A stretch of DNA of 64,000 nucleotides from Parcubacteria group bacterium (GCA_028286605.1 JAQBRE010000007.1:44537-108536), one strand, 5' to 3'. Numbered from the stretch's first letter, positions 38,524 through 49,040 are shown. Notes: generated by a model not told the origin, from the sequence alone. Numbers and translations are program-made.

Positions 38524-39195
38524 ATGGCAAACAACGGACCAGCAACCATAGCTGCCGTACGGGGAATCCGTGCAGGGCAGAAGGCACTGACCAAGAAGTG
38601 GAGCTTCATGGCAGTTTTTGCGTTGGTATTCCTTAGCTCGTTCGGCAGCCTCGCGGCGCTGGACCTGCTTCCGGATGCTTCCAAGGCAGAGGCTGCAAAG
38701 CCCGCAACTACTACTCTTACGGCTTCAGCCGTAGAGGCAGCGCCGACTCCTGAACTCCCGACTAAGATCGAGATTCCTGCTATCAAGCTTTCCGTTACCG
38801 TATCGAACCCAACGTCCACTGATGCGCAGGTACTGGATAATGCGCTCCTCACCGGAGCCGTCCGTTACCCGTCTTCATCAGAACTTGGGGAACAAGGGAA
38901 TGTAATCATATTTGGCCACTCGAGCTACCTGCCAATCGTGAACAACCCCGCCTACAAAACCTTCGATGGCATCCAGAACCTGAAGACCGGCGACCGCATC
39001 ACGGTTACCGGTTCCGGTCATACCTATGTATATTCTGTGCAGTCGGTACAGAAGGAGAACACAGCGACCGGCGCAATTCCTCTTACGGTTTCAGGCAGCG
39101 TACTTACGCTCGCTACCTGTAACTCGTTCGAGACTACGTCAGACCGTTTCGTCGTTACGGCGAATCTTGTCGAGAGCGACCCGCTCGGAGCGTAA
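38524..39195 (+). CDS. Sortase
   Basis: N-terminal TM, KIEIPAI, GNVIIFGHS (His), LTLATC (Cys), DRFVV (Arg) catalytic triad. Confidence 0.92.
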   Translation: MANNGPATIAAVRGIRAGQKALTKKWSFMAVFALVFLSSFGSLAALDLLPDASKAEAAKPATTTLTASAVEAAPTPELPTKIEIPAIKLSVTVSNPTSTDAQVLDNALLTGAVRYPSSSELGEQGNVIIFGHSSYLPIVNNPAYKTFDGIQNLKTGDRITVTGSGHTYVYSVQSVQKENTATGAIPLTVSGSVLTLATCNSFETTSDRFVVTANLVESDPLGA

Positions 39196-39284
39196 GCTCT
39201 TATCGGATCGCTCGCGGTAAGCAATTACTTCGAGCCTCGCCCGCAAGGGATGGAGCAACCCAGAACCTTAATAGGAGAATCGCG

Positions 39285-40490
39285 ATGAAAATCGCCCTAC
39301 TCGCGGCGTTGCTCCTCATCGGCGCGACGGCCGCAACGGCCCAAACCATCCCGCAACCCATCATCCACAAGGAAGCTACGGCTACGGCCACGACCAAGAC
39401 GCCTGATGGGAAGGTGATCACGCAGACGAGCAAGGTTGCTACGGACACTCCGGTGGCTGTACCCCCTGCGAAACCTGCGCCGCCGGCTCCGAAGGCGCAA
39501 TCTGCGCCCCCGAAGCCTGCGGCTACGCCGACTACTGCTCATAGGGTTCATCCCTACGAACAAGTGGTGGTCGGCATGAAGAATAACCAGGACCTCGCCA
39601 ATCACATTGACGCGAGCCTGGCCATCGATCCGACTGGTAATCGTCCGGTTAACTTGGCCATGTGCCAACCGAATGGCTATTCATGCGGGACGCCAAACAT
39701 TCTACTGAGACTTGCTCTTAGGTCGGATCCCGACCGAAAGGGCAGGCTGACGCTGCAGAATCTTTCGGCCTTCGTGCGGATTCTCGTCCTCGCCAAAGAC
39801 TCTGATCCTCCGGGATCGCAGCGCTGGATGGGATGCATCCTCCGTAACACGAAACAGGAAAAATGGGACTGCATGACGCGGCCCTATGACCCGGGTGAGA
39901 AGGTCTACGTCGATCCCGAGAACATGAAGCCGGTGATACCGCTTAACTGCGTCAACTTCATCGGGGACATTGTTCCCGAAAATGGTTGCGCGTACATCTA
40001 CTTCAGTCTGCACGAGACTGACGAGGTGCACGTTGGTCCTGAGCAGGACAATCTCAAGTATTCTGAAGACGACGTCTGCCGGCCTGCAATTCAGGAGCCG
40101 AACGACAACGAATTCAGAAGTGCATTGATCTTCGATCAGTGCCCTCGAGTTGTCTGCAATAACCTCGGAAAGTGGTTCAGCTTCAAAGCGCCGGTTTCTG
40201 GAATCTACATCCTCCGGCTGCCCAAGAGCGTCGCCTATTCCGATGTCGTACTCGACTTCTGTGATCTGTTTGCGGACGGTACTCAAACCGTTCCGAGCCA
40301 GATCTCGAAGACGGCCTACACTCGGCGCTGGCGTGCCTATCTCGACTTCCCAGACAAAGAGATGTCGAAGGCGTCGCGCGCAGAAATCAGCTGGGTCGGC
40401 ACGGTGCGTACCTGGGAGCTGTCTGACAAGCGGGCCTTCAAAGGCATGCGCCCCGCACCGGATCAACCAGTCGGGACACCGCCGAAGTAG
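39285..40490 (+). CDS. Secreted Pro/Cys-containing hypothetical protein
   Basis: AGGAG SD, signal peptide, Pro/Ala/Lys linker, Cys-containing globular region. Confidence 0.75.
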   Translation: MKIALLAALLLIGATAATAQTIPQPIIHKEATATATTKTPDGKVITQTSKVATDTPVAVPPAKPAPPAPKAQSAPPKPAATPTTAHRVHPYEQVVVGMKNNQDLANHIDASLAIDPTGNRPVNLAMCQPNGYSCGTPNILLRLALRSDPDRKGRLTLQNLSAFVRILVLAKDSDPPGSQRWMGCILRNTKQEKWDCMTRPYDPGEKVYVDPENMKPVIPLNCVNFIGDIVPENGCAYIYFSLHETDEVHVGPEQDNLKYSEDDVCRPAIQEPNDNEFRSALIFDQCPRVVCNNLGKWFSFKAPVSGIYILRLPKSVAYSDVVLDFCDLFADGTQTVPSQISKTAYTRRWRAYLDFPDKEMSKASRAEISWVGTVRTWELSDKRAFKGMRPAPDQPVGTPPK

Positions 40491-40497
40491 GAAGGTA

Positions 40498-40540
40498 GTG
40501 GTGAGCGCTTCGGTGCTCACCACACCTCTCCTTTTTTATA
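40498..40540 (+). terminator. Probable terminator
   Basis: GTGGTGAGCGC-TTCG-GTGCTCACCAC hairpin followed by a T tract. Confidence 0.6.
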
Positions 40541-40597
40541 CGCCGCACTGCGGCAGGGAATTATTTCACAAATTACTAGCGTGCGACGAAAACACCT

Positions 40598-42667
40598 ATG
40601 ACAACAACACAAACCAACAAAAAGAATATGAAGCTCCAGCCGATCCTGTCGGGTGTATTCGCCGTTCTGCTCGTTCTTGCTGCAGGTACTGCTGCTGGAT
40701 ATGCATCTGGCTTCGGCTCTCCGGCTGAAGCGTATGCACAGGCATTCGTCGAACCAATCACTATTGTTGCGCCGGTGATTGTCCCTGTTATTGCACCGGC
40801 CCCGGTAATCATTCCTGTCGTGGTCCCTGTCATTCCTATTGTTGTGCCCACAACGGTGGCACAGAGTACTCCATCTACAGCTTCAAACCCTACCGTTTCT
40901 GAAGCCACCGTTACTTCTGCAGGAAGTGGCGGTGATGACACGATTACCGGTACGCCAGGTAGTGATGTGGTAACTACTGCTGCTACTGTTTCTGAACTTA
41001 CTGTCGCGGGTGCGACCGCCAGCGGCGATACCGATTCTCACGGCAAACATCCTTGTTGCCAGACTCAAACTTCTGGCTCAGGCTCAACCGTTTCTACTCT
41101 TACTATTGATGCACCATCATCAGTTGATACCGATTCTCACGGTACCCATCCTTGTTGCCAGGTTGATGTGACGACTCCATCGACGGTGGTTACTACGCCT
41201 GTCGTTACGACTCCGGTAGGAACGACACCTGTCGTAGTTACACCACCCACCACGACGCCACCCGGCGGCTGTACGAGCAACTGTACTCCGCCCCCCACTG
41301 GCGCTGCGTGTATTTCACTTACGGCAACGCCGACAACGATTAATTCTGGTGATGCGGTCACGCTTACGTGGCAGACCAGTAATGCGACCTCTATAACTAT
41401 TGATAATGGCGGAGGCACATTCACTACAGCGACGGGCACTACGATCGTGCACCCGACTACTAACACGACATACACCGCGACTGTTTCCAATGGAACGCAG
41501 AGCGTGCAGTGTAAGGCTACGGTAACTATTGCAGCAACAACGACGCCACCCGGCGGCGGTTGTACCACTGACTGCGGCACCTCAACTACGACACCCCCAG
41601 GCGGAGGTTGTACTACCGACTGTGGCACTTCAACTACGACGCCACCCGGCGGAGGCGGAGGCTGCGTCACTAATTGTGGTGGCGGTGGAGGAGGGGGCGG
41701 TGGAGGCGGCCCGAGCATCTTGCTCGCGTCTTCCCAGCCGCTTGCATCCGTCTATCTTTCGCAGATTCCGTATACGGGTCTCGATCTCGGGCCTGTCGGT
41801 ACGGCCATCTATTGGCTGACACTTATCATCTGGAGTCTTGCTGCTGCGTATCTGATTCTGTTCGCCGGCGTACCGTTCGCGCTTCGCCGTGCAAAGAGTT
41901 TTGGCGGCAGCGTACAGACTGCGCTTAATGCGCAGCCAGCTGCACCGGCGCCCATGCCAGCGTATGAAGCTCCGACTTCTGCACCAATGCCGGTAGCGTC
42001 GATTCCTACGTATGTGCCACCAGCACCAGCTGCTCACATTGCTCCGATCGAAGTGTATGCAGCGTCAGTTGCAACACCTTCGCACAGCGTGCTTTCTCGC
42101 GACGGCTTCAAGTCCTTCGCGACCGGTGACGCGCTCACTATCGACGACATCGTAAAGGGACTTTCCCGCGAGTCCGGCATGGTATTCTCGCAGCACCTCG
42201 AAGAGGAAGCTCCGGCACCTATGCCCGCGTACGAAGCGCCAGTAGCAATGCCGAAGGAAGAGGCAAAGCTTGAGCGCGTTGCTCCTGCGTTCACGCTTTC
42301 TCAGGAAGCGTCTGCAAATATTGCACCTGCGATCGTGTACTCGGATGATGTCTCTGGATTCCTTAGCGCACTCCTTTCAGGAGATCGCGACACTGTCTTC
42401 GGTACGCTTCGCAATGTGAATCGTGCGGGTGGCGATACGCAGGACTTCCTTGCGCACGCTGTCTGTGCCCTCGACGATGCCTATCGTGCGCGTATCGACG
42501 GTACCTCGGTTCATCCTGAAATCGCACGCATCACCTCTGATTGCGCGACGAACTTCCTTGAGCGCCTCGTCTCTTCGCTCGCAACGGCTATCGATGCAAG
42601 CTACTCAGCTGGCCTCACCGGTTCGAAGCTTGCGATCACTCGCGCGCTTGCTGTGGTGAACGGATAA
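40598..42667 (+). CDS. Surface protein with internal IPYTG sorting-like signal and large cytoplasmic tail
   Basis: Signal peptide, Thr/Cys repeats, Ig/PKD-like domain, Gly linker, IPYTG (41765-41779) + TM + RRAK, then ~260 aa. Start may be 40628. Confidence 0.82.
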   Translation: MTTTQTNKKNMKLQPILSGVFAVLLVLAAGTAAGYASGFGSPAEAYAQAFVEPITIVAPVIVPVIAPAPVIIPVVVPVIPIVVPTTVAQSTPSTASNPTVSEATVTSAGSGGDDTITGTPGSDVVTTAATVSELTVAGATASGDTDSHGKHPCCQTQTSGSGSTVSTLTIDAPSSVDTDSHGTHPCCQVDVTTPSTVVTTPVVTTPVGTTPVVVTPPTTTPPGGCTSNCTPPPTGAACISLTATPTTINSGDAVTLTWQTSNATSITIDNGGGTFTTATGTTIVHPTTNTTYTATVSNGTQSVQCKATVTIAATTTPPGGGCTTDCGTSTTTPPGGGCTTDCGTSTTTPPGGGGGCVTNCGGGGGGGGGGGPSILLASSQPLASVYLSQIPYTGLDLGPVGTAIYWLTLIIWSLAAAYLILFAGVPFALRRAKSFGGSVQTALNAQPAAPAPMPAYEAPTSAPMPVASIPTYVPPAPAAHIAPIEVYAASVATPSHSVLSRDGFKSFATGDALTIDDIVKGLSRESGMVFSQHLEEEAPAPMPAYEAPVAMPKEEAKLERVAPAFTLSQEASANIAPAIVYSDDVSGFLSALLSGDRDTVFGTLRNVNRAGGDTQDFLAHAVCALDDAYRARIDGTSVHPEIARITSDCATNFLERLVSSLATAIDASYSAGLTGSKLAITRALAVVNG

Positions 42668-42683
42668 GAGAATTAACATAAAG

Positions 42684-42723
42684 TAAAAGGAAAGAGCCCG
42701 CTTCGCGGGCTCTTTCCTTTTTA
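42684..42723. terminator. Intrinsic terminator
   Basis: TAAAAGGAAAGAGCCCGC-TTC-GCGGGCTCTTTCCTTTTA. Confidence 0.85.
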
Positions 42724-42777
42724 TATATCTAGGGTATAATTAAACGGAAGTTCACACGAGTTCATTGGGAGGGAATA

Positions 42778-43032
42778 ATGCGAACCGATAGAGGTAAAGT
42801 CGTCGACATCCGCGGATATCGCGCACCGAGGCTGATACACGGGTACGATCTCGTCTCAGTACTCGCCTTTATTTTAGTTGGAGGCTGGCTGCTGTATGCG
42901 CTAATCGCGAGCATCTCGCTGGGTTCGCCCAAGCATGTGCCGCGTGAAGCAATGCCAACCGCGTCCGACACCATACGCGGCCTGGACTCGACGCTGATCA
43001 ACCAGTACCAATCGCCGCCGCGCTACCGCTAG
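42778..43032 (+). CDS. Small membrane protein (orphan)
   Basis: TATAAT promoter, GGAGG SD, one TM helix, downstream terminator. Confidence 0.65.
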   Translation: MRTDRGKVVDIRGYRAPRLIHGYDLVSVLAFILVGGWLLYALIASISLGSPKHVPREAMPTASDTIRGLDSTLINQYQSPPRYR

Positions 43033-43052
43033 CGCATGCACGTTGCATACGA

Positions 43053-43082
43053 AAAACGCCGAGCCCTTAGGCTCGGCGTTTT
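43053..43082. terminator. Bidirectional terminator
   Basis: AAAACGCCGAGCC-CTTA-GGCTCGGCGTTTT. Confidence 0.8.
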
Positions 43083-43103
43083 CTCTTGCGTTACGTTCGT
43101 GTC

Positions 43104-44846
43104 TTACGCGCGGTTCGCGATCTCTTTCTTTACTCGTTCTACGAAATCTCCCACAGGCACCGCATCGAGTTTTCCTTCGTCACGGCTCTCGACGGTAACG
43201 GTCTTCGCCTCAGACTCTGCATCACCGATAACGAGGACGTACGGAATCTTCAAGCCCTTCGCGTTACGAATGCGCTTGCCAAGGGAATCACCATCATCCA
43301 TTTCTGCACGAATACCCGCAGTACGTAGCTGCGCAAGAACTTCTTCGCCATACTCCGTATGCTTTTCTGAAACCGGAAGGACACGCACCTGTATCGGCGC
43401 AAGCCAGGTAGGGAAGGCACCAGCCGTATGTTCGATGTATACGCCCATGAAGCGGTCGATCGTACCGAGCAGCGCCTTGTGAATCATGACCGGAGTCTTC
43501 TTTGTTCCATCTGAATCAGTATATTCAAGGCTGAAGCGCTGTGGTTGCACGAAGTCGAGTTGCTCTGTCGCGCACTGCCACTCACGGCCGAGCGCATCAA
43601 CCACCATGATGTCGATCTTCGGACCATAGAACGCAGCTTCGCCAGGCGCGACTTCGTAGTTCAGTTCGAGTTTCTTCGCCACTTCAAGAATAGTCGCCTC
43701 TGCTTCTTTCCAGAGCTGCGGGTCACCAAGATATTTCTCCGGCTTCGCAGAATCACTGAAGGAAAGGCGCGCGCGGAATTCCATGCCGAGGGTGCCGTAC
43801 ATCTTCTTGATCATGTTCATGATCGCTTCGAATTCTCCCTGGATCTGGTCAGGACGGCAGAAGATGTGTGCGTCATCTTGCGTAAGGGAACGGACACGGG
43901 TAAGGCCAGAAAGTTCGCCGGTCTTCTCATCGCGATAACAGGTCGTGGTTTCCATATAGCGAACAGGGAGGTCGCGGTAGCTACGCGGCTTTGCAGCGTA
44001 GATCTGCGTGTGGTGCGGGCAGTTCATCGGCTTGAGCGCGAACTCGTCTGAAGACTCTTGGCTCTTAACGAGGAAGAGCTCGTCACCGAACTTATCCCAA
44101 TGGCCGGACGTCTTATACAGGTCGATCTTCGTGATGTGCGGAATCCATACTTTCTGGAATCCATGAGCGCGCTGCAATTCTTCTGAGAACTTCGCGAGTT
44201 CTTCGCGGATGATCGTGCCGTTCGGCGTATAGAGAGGGAGGCCGGAACCAACAAGCGGAGAGAAGGTGAAGAGATCGAGCTCAACGCCCAGCTTGCGGTG
44301 GTCGCGCTTCTTCGCGTCTTCTATTTTCTCGTGATACGCAGCAAGGTCTTCCTTCGTGTCGAAGGCGAGGCCGTATATGCGCGTGAGCATCGGATTCTTC
44401 TCGTCACCGCGCCAGTATGCGCCCGCGATACGGTCGAGCGTGAATGAATCTGCTTTGATGTCTTTCGACGGGTGCTCGCTATGGCCGCCACGGCAGAGGT
44501 CGGTAAAATCTCCGGCAGTGTAGAGCGTTATCTTTTCGCCGGACTGCACGATGCCGTTGATGAGTTCGAGCTTGAAGGGATTTCCTTCGAACCGAGCGCG
44601 AGCATCTGCTTCGGATACTTCAGTGCCCGTCATATCGCTCCACGAGGGAAGCATCTCGCGCATCGAATTCTCAAGCTCAGCTAAATCAGCTTCACCAGGC
44701 ATGTCGCCACCAGTGAAATCGAAGTCATAATAAAAGCCATTTTCGACAGCCGGGCCGATGGTTGGCTTAGCATGTGGGTACCGCTCCGCTACGGCTGCAG
44801 CCAATAAATGAGCCAATGTGTGGCGCTTTTCTTCGAGGGAAGTCAT
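43104..44846 (-). CDS. thrS: Threonyl-tRNA synthetase
   Basis: RHTLAH, DLCRGGH, RDHRKLG, KPMNCP, AAFYGPK; start 7 nt after TATTCT. Confidence 0.96.
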   Translation of the reverse strand: MTSLEEKRHTLAHLLAAAVAERYPHAKPTIGPAVENGFYYDFDFTGGDMPGEADLAELENSMREMLPSWSDMTGTEVSEADARARFEGNPFKLELINGIVQSGEKITLYTAGDFTDLCRGGHSEHPSKDIKADSFTLDRIAGAYWRGDEKNPMLTRIYGLAFDTKEDLAAYHEKIEDAKKRDHRKLGVELDLFTFSPLVGSGLPLYTPNGTIIREELAKFSEELQRAHGFQKVWIPHITKIDLYKTSGHWDKFGDELFLVKSQESSDEFALKPMNCPHHTQIYAAKPRSYRDLPVRYMETTTCYRDEKTGELSGLTRVRSLTQDDAHIFCRPDQIQGEFEAIMNMIKKMYGTLGMEFRARLSFSDSAKPEKYLGDPQLWKEAEATILEVAKKLELNYEVAPGEAAFYGPKIDIMVVDALGREWQCATEQLDFVQPQRFSLEYTDSDGTKKTPVMIHKALLGTIDRFMGVYIEHTAGAFPTWLAPIQVRVLPVSEKHTEYGEEVLAQLRTAGIRAEMDDGDSLGKRIRNAKGLKIPYVLVIGDAESEAKTVTVESRDEGKLDAVPVGDFVERVKKEIANRA

Positions 44847-44921
44847 AGGTATGAGAATACCATAATAGATAAAATATAAGAGAAAGGGCGGCCCTCGGAA
44901 GGGCCGCCACTGGCTGAGCAA

Positions 44922-45161
44922 TTAGCTCGTTGATTTTCCGCAGGCCGCTTCGGCCTGGCGCAGCTGGGATCGGAATCCTGCGATGATCGAGCGCACGTTA
45001 GCAGGAATCGGAATCTCATTCATCCTCGCCTTAGCGATCGCGTTGCTCATTTGATCCAGATCTGTTTCAAGATGAGCAAGCGTATATCCGATCAGCTGAT
45101 TTCCCTCTAGAGGGTTTTGTTGGATTTCCAAGATCTGATCGTGCAGACCGACTTTTAGCAT
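44922..45161 (-). CDS. Small hypothetical protein (orphan)
   Basis: GAGGA SD; followed by GGCGGCCC/GGGCCGCC hairpin. Confidence 0.55.
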   Translation of the reverse strand: MLKVGLHDQILEIQQNPLEGNQLIGYTLAHLETDLDQMSNAIAKARMNEIPIPANVRSIIAGFRSQLRQAEAACGKSTS

Positions 45162-45228
45162 CGTTACATTTCCTCAAGCTGTTGATGTGCTGTTCAGTAC
45201 TATATATAACACGAATTGTGATTAATGT

Positions 45229-48200
45229 CTATTCGCTCGTAAGAAGCTTCATGTTTTCTATGGAAAGAGAGGTTTCGCCATTGCGACCGGAAACGGTCGC
45301 CTTGATAAGCAGACAATTACCGACGACGATCGATCCAACATGATCCTTGTAGATCTTTGGGAAGACGACTCCTTCGATAGAGTCAGTCTTGTCTTCGAAT
45401 TTAACGAACGCCATCTTGTCGCCCTTCTTGGTGAGCACGGTGCGAACTTCGGTAACGAGTACAGGAAGAATGACGGGGCGGCCAGCTTGCGCTTCGGCAC
45501 GAAGCGATGCAATGGTGGCATTTGCCTTTGCCATCGAAGCTTCATGCGCGTCGAGCGGGTGACCCGAGATATAGATGCCAAGCAGATCTTTCTCCCAAAT
45601 GAGCTGTTCGGTGAGCGACGTCGTTTCCGTTGAAGGAGGAAGCGAAAGTATCGGTGCAGCCATCATGCCACCGAAGAGGGAATCTTGTGGCGCCTCGCTT
45701 GTCGCGTCGCGATGGAAGGCGAGCAATGTTTCGATATGCACGAGCAGGTGACGACGTGCGCTGAAGCGGTCGAGCGCGCCGCACTTTATAAGTGACTCCA
45801 GTGATTTCCTGTTGAGGCTCTTGTTTGCGACGCGCGAAAGGAAATCGGCGAGCGAAACGAACGTGCCGCGCGCATTGCGTTCGGAAAGGATCGCTTCGCT
45901 GATGCCTTCGCCGAAGTTCTTGATAGTGGTGAGACCGAAACGGATGCCGTCTATCGGACCGCCTTCCGTTGTCGCAACCACCGTGAAATCTGTGCCACTC
46001 TCGTTTACGTCCGGCGGAAGGACAGGGATGCCGAGGCGCTCGCACTCTGCGACGAAGGTCGCGATGGATTCGGTGTCGCCCGCATCGGCCGTAAGAACGG
46101 CCGCCATGTACTCCACCGGATAATTCGCTTTCATGTACGCGGTCTGATATGCGACCTTTCCGTAGCAGGCAGCATGCGCCTTATTGAAACCGTACGCAGC
46201 GAACGGCTCGATAAGCTTCCAGATGCGCTCGGACTTTTCCTGCGAAAGCTTTCCGAAATCCTTGAACCCGTCGAGCAGCTTCTGCTTCTGTGCCTCCATT
46301 TCCGCCGGAATCTTCTTTCCCATTGCCTTACGAAGCGTGTCTGCCTCAAGCCAGGAATAGCCGCCGAGGTTGATGGCGGTGAGGAGCACGTCATCCTGAT
46401 ATACGAGCAGGCCGTACGAGAAATCAAGATAATCTTTCATGCGCTCATCCATGTAGCTGATGAGCTTCGGATTATGCTTGCGTTCGATGTATTGCGGAAT
46501 CGTTTCCATCGGACCCGGACGATACAAGGCAACCATGGCGTTGATGTCATGAATAGTGGAAGGACGGAGCTCCTTCAGGTAGCGCGTCATGCCGGAACCG
46601 TTCAGCTGGAAGAGGCCTTCGGTGTCGCCGCGTGCGAGCATGGCGAATGTCTTCTCATCATCGATAGGCACGGTCTCGATATCGATATACATGCCGCGCG
46701 TTTCGCGCACGCGATCGATAGCGTCGGAAAGGATGGCGAGGTTCTTGATGCCGAGGAAGTCGAATTTAAGAAGGCCAGCGTCTTCCACGGCATGCATGTC
46801 GTACTGCGTAATAAGCTTGCCGGTTTTTTGGTCAACCTGCAGCGGTGTCCAGTCAGTAAGCGGCGTCGGAGCGATAACCACGCCGGCAGCGTGCACGCCC
46901 GTGTGTCGCGCACAGCCCTCGATCCGCTGCGCGAGATCTATGATTTCCTTCACATCATCATCTTCGGCATATAGCTCTTTCAGTTCAGGTTCCAGTTCGA
47001 GCGCGCGCTTGATGGTCATTGGGAAACCCTGCGAGCCCATAGGGATGAGCTTCGCGATACGGTCGCCGGTGCCATACGCATGACCGAGTGCGCGACTGAC
47101 GTCGCGCACTGCAGCGCGCGCCATCATCGTTCCGAACGTGCCGATCTGCGCGACGTGATCTTCGCCATACTTCCGTTTCGCATACGCGATCATCTCGTCG
47201 CGGCGATTATCGGCGAAGTCCATGTCGATATCCGGTGCCTTCGGACGTTCAGGGTTCAGGAAGCGTTCGAAGGGAAGCTTGTATAAAAGAGGATCCACGT
47301 TCGTGATGCCAGTAAGGTACGAAACAAGCGAGCCGGCGGCCGAACCGCGCGTAGTAGTGAGGATGCCGCTGTTCTTCGCAAAGGTAAGAAGATCCGACAC
47401 GCACAGGAAGTACGGCGCGAAGCCTTTGCCAATGATGATATCCAGCTCGTAATCCATGCGCTTCTGCACTTCTTCCGTAAGCTCCAGGCCGCGCATCGAA
47501 AGGCCATCCATCGTCTTCTTGCGCAGCTCTGATTCATGAGTCGCCCCTTCCGGCACCTCGATGTTAGGGAAGTTCCAGCTGCCGAGTTCCAGCGTTACGT
47601 TGCAGCGCTCCGCGATTTCACCCGAACGCTCAACCGCCCCTGGCACACCCCTGAACCACTCGAGCATCTGCTTTTCCGTAACGAAAGAGAAGTCCTCTTC
47701 ATCGTTCGCGGTGCGGCCGCCGTACGCGATACGTCGCATCACTTCTGTCGCCTCGCGATCGTCCGATTTCAGATAATACACATCATGCTGCGCCACTACC
47801 GGCACGCCCGCTTTTTCGCCGAGCGCGATTATTTTCTTCATGCGCTCTTCGTGTCCTGCCGCTTTCGGGTGGTGCGTGATTTCAAGGAACAAGTTTCCTT
47901 TGCCGAATATGCTTTGATATTCGGCGAGTGCCGCAGCGGCGCCATTCGCATCGCCCGCCGCAAACAAACGTGATACATCTCCGGCGAAAGAAGGAATGAT
48001 CGCGATGATTCCTTCGCTATGCGCACGTAGTAATTCGCGATCCATGCGCGGCTTCTCGAAGAACCCCTCGGTGTACGCAAGGCTCACGAGTTTCAATAGA
48101 TTCTTATACCCCGCATTATTTTCTGCGAGCAGTACGATGCGCGTACGCTTCGCATCCTGCTGCGGGTCTTTATCGAACCTGCTGCGTGGCGCGAGATACG

Positions 48201-48402
48201 CATCCACGCCAAGTACGGGATTCAGTCCTTTCTTTTTCGCGATCTGATAGAAGTCCACGGCGCCATGCATGTTGCCGGCATCCGTTAATGCGAGCGCTGG
48301 CATGTCGGCATCCTTCGCCGCTTTCACGAGTTCTGGTATCTTCGGGAGCGCCTCCAAGAAGGAATAGTGCGAGTGTGTATGGAGGTGTACGAAACGGCTC
48401 AT
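45229..48402 (-). CDS. dnaE: DNA polymerase III alpha subunit
   Basis: HLHTHSHYS PHP domain, RGSAAGS, PDIDMDF, HAAGV, KFDFLG, YGFNKAH. Confidence 0.97.
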   Translation of the reverse strand: MSRFVHLHTHSHYSFLEALPKIPELVKAAKDADMPALALTDAGNMHGAVDFYQIAKKKGLNPVLGVDAYLAPRSRFDKDPQQDAKRTRIVLLAENNAGYKNLLKLVSLAYTEGFFEKPRMDRELLRAHSEGIIAIIPSFAGDVSRLFAAGDANGAAAALAEYQSIFGKGNLFLEITHHPKAAGHEERMKKIIALGEKAGVPVVAQHDVYYLKSDDREATEVMRRIAYGGRTANDEEDFSFVTEKQMLEWFRGVPGAVERSGEIAERCNVTLELGSWNFPNIEVPEGATHESELRKKTMDGLSMRGLELTEEVQKRMDYELDIIIGKGFAPYFLCVSDLLTFAKNSGILTTTRGSAAGSLVSYLTGITNVDPLLYKLPFERFLNPERPKAPDIDMDFADNRRDEMIAYAKRKYGEDHVAQIGTFGTMMARAAVRDVSRALGHAYGTGDRIAKLIPMGSQGFPMTIKRALELEPELKELYAEDDDVKEIIDLAQRIEGCARHTGVHAAGVVIAPTPLTDWTPLQVDQKTGKLITQYDMHAVEDAGLLKFDFLGIKNLAILSDAIDRVRETRGMYIDIETVPIDDEKTFAMLARGDTEGLFQLNGSGMTRYLKELRPSTIHDINAMVALYRPGPMETIPQYIERKHNPKLISYMDERMKDYLDFSYGLLVYQDDVLLTAINLGGYSWLEADTLRKAMGKKIPAEMEAQKQKLLDGFKDFGKLSQEKSERIWKLIEPFAAYGFNKAHAACYGKVAYQTAYMKANYPVEYMAAVLTADAGDTESIATFVAECERLGIPVLPPDVNESGTDFTVVATTEGGPIDGIRFGLTTIKNFGEGISEAILSERNARGTFVSLADFLSRVANKSLNRKSLESLIKCGALDRFSARRHLLVHIETLLAFHRDATSEAPQDSLFGGMMAAPILSLPPSTETTSLTEQLIWEKDLLGIYISGHPLDAHEASMAKANATIASLRAEAQAGRPVILPVLVTEVRTVLTKKGDKMAFVKFEDKTDSIEGVVFPKIYKDHVGSIVVGNCLLIKATVSGRNGETSLSIENMKLLTSE

Positions 48403-48449
48403 TACCCTAAGGATACCAAATTACAGGTTGCCTGTTATCCTCATAACAA

Positions 48450-49040
48450 ATGGCCTATATAGTAGGAATCGACGAAGCAGGACGCGGCCCGCTGGCAGGG
48501 CCGGTAAGCGTCGGCGTGGTGAAAGTCGCTGAAGGATACGACCTGCTCGAAGTCTTCCCAGGCCTCAACGATTCGAAGAAACTATCGGAGAAGAAACGCG
48601 AAGCGATTTTCATAAAGCTCCAGGAAGAAATAAAGAAAGGGAACGTGCAGGCGATCGTCTGCCTTTCAAGCGAGAAGATAATAGATGAGAAGGGAATCGC
48701 GTTCGCCGTGCGAAGCGCGCTCGCACGTGGCGTGCGTAAACTCATGCCGAATCCGGAAGAAGGAAAAGTCTTTCTTGATGGTTCCCTGAAAGCTCCGCCG
48801 GAATATATTCAGGAGACCATCATCGGCGGCGACGCTATTATTCCAGCCATCATGCTCGCCTCCGTCGCAGCGAAAGTGACGCGCGACCGACTCATGAAAA
48901 AGCTCGCGCTCGAGCATCCGCTCTACGGATTCGAGGTTCACAAAGGATACGGAACTCTCGCTCATATGAATGCACTCCGTACCCACGGCCTCTGCGCTAT
49001 CCACCGTGCGACCTTTATTCATCTTGACCGTACCAAGTAA
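48450..49040 (+). CDS. rnhB: Ribonuclease HII
   Basis: GIDEAGRGPLAGPV, DSKKL, AAKVTRD, HKGYGT. Confidence 0.96.
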   Translation: MAYIVGIDEAGRGPLAGPVSVGVVKVAEGYDLLEVFPGLNDSKKLSEKKREAIFIKLQEEIKKGNVQAIVCLSSEKIIDEKGIAFAVRSALARGVRKLMPNPEEGKVFLDGSLKAPPEYIQETIIGGDAIIPAIMLASVAAKVTRDRLMKKLALEHPLYGFEVHKGYGTLAHMNALRTHGLCAIHRATFIHLDRTK

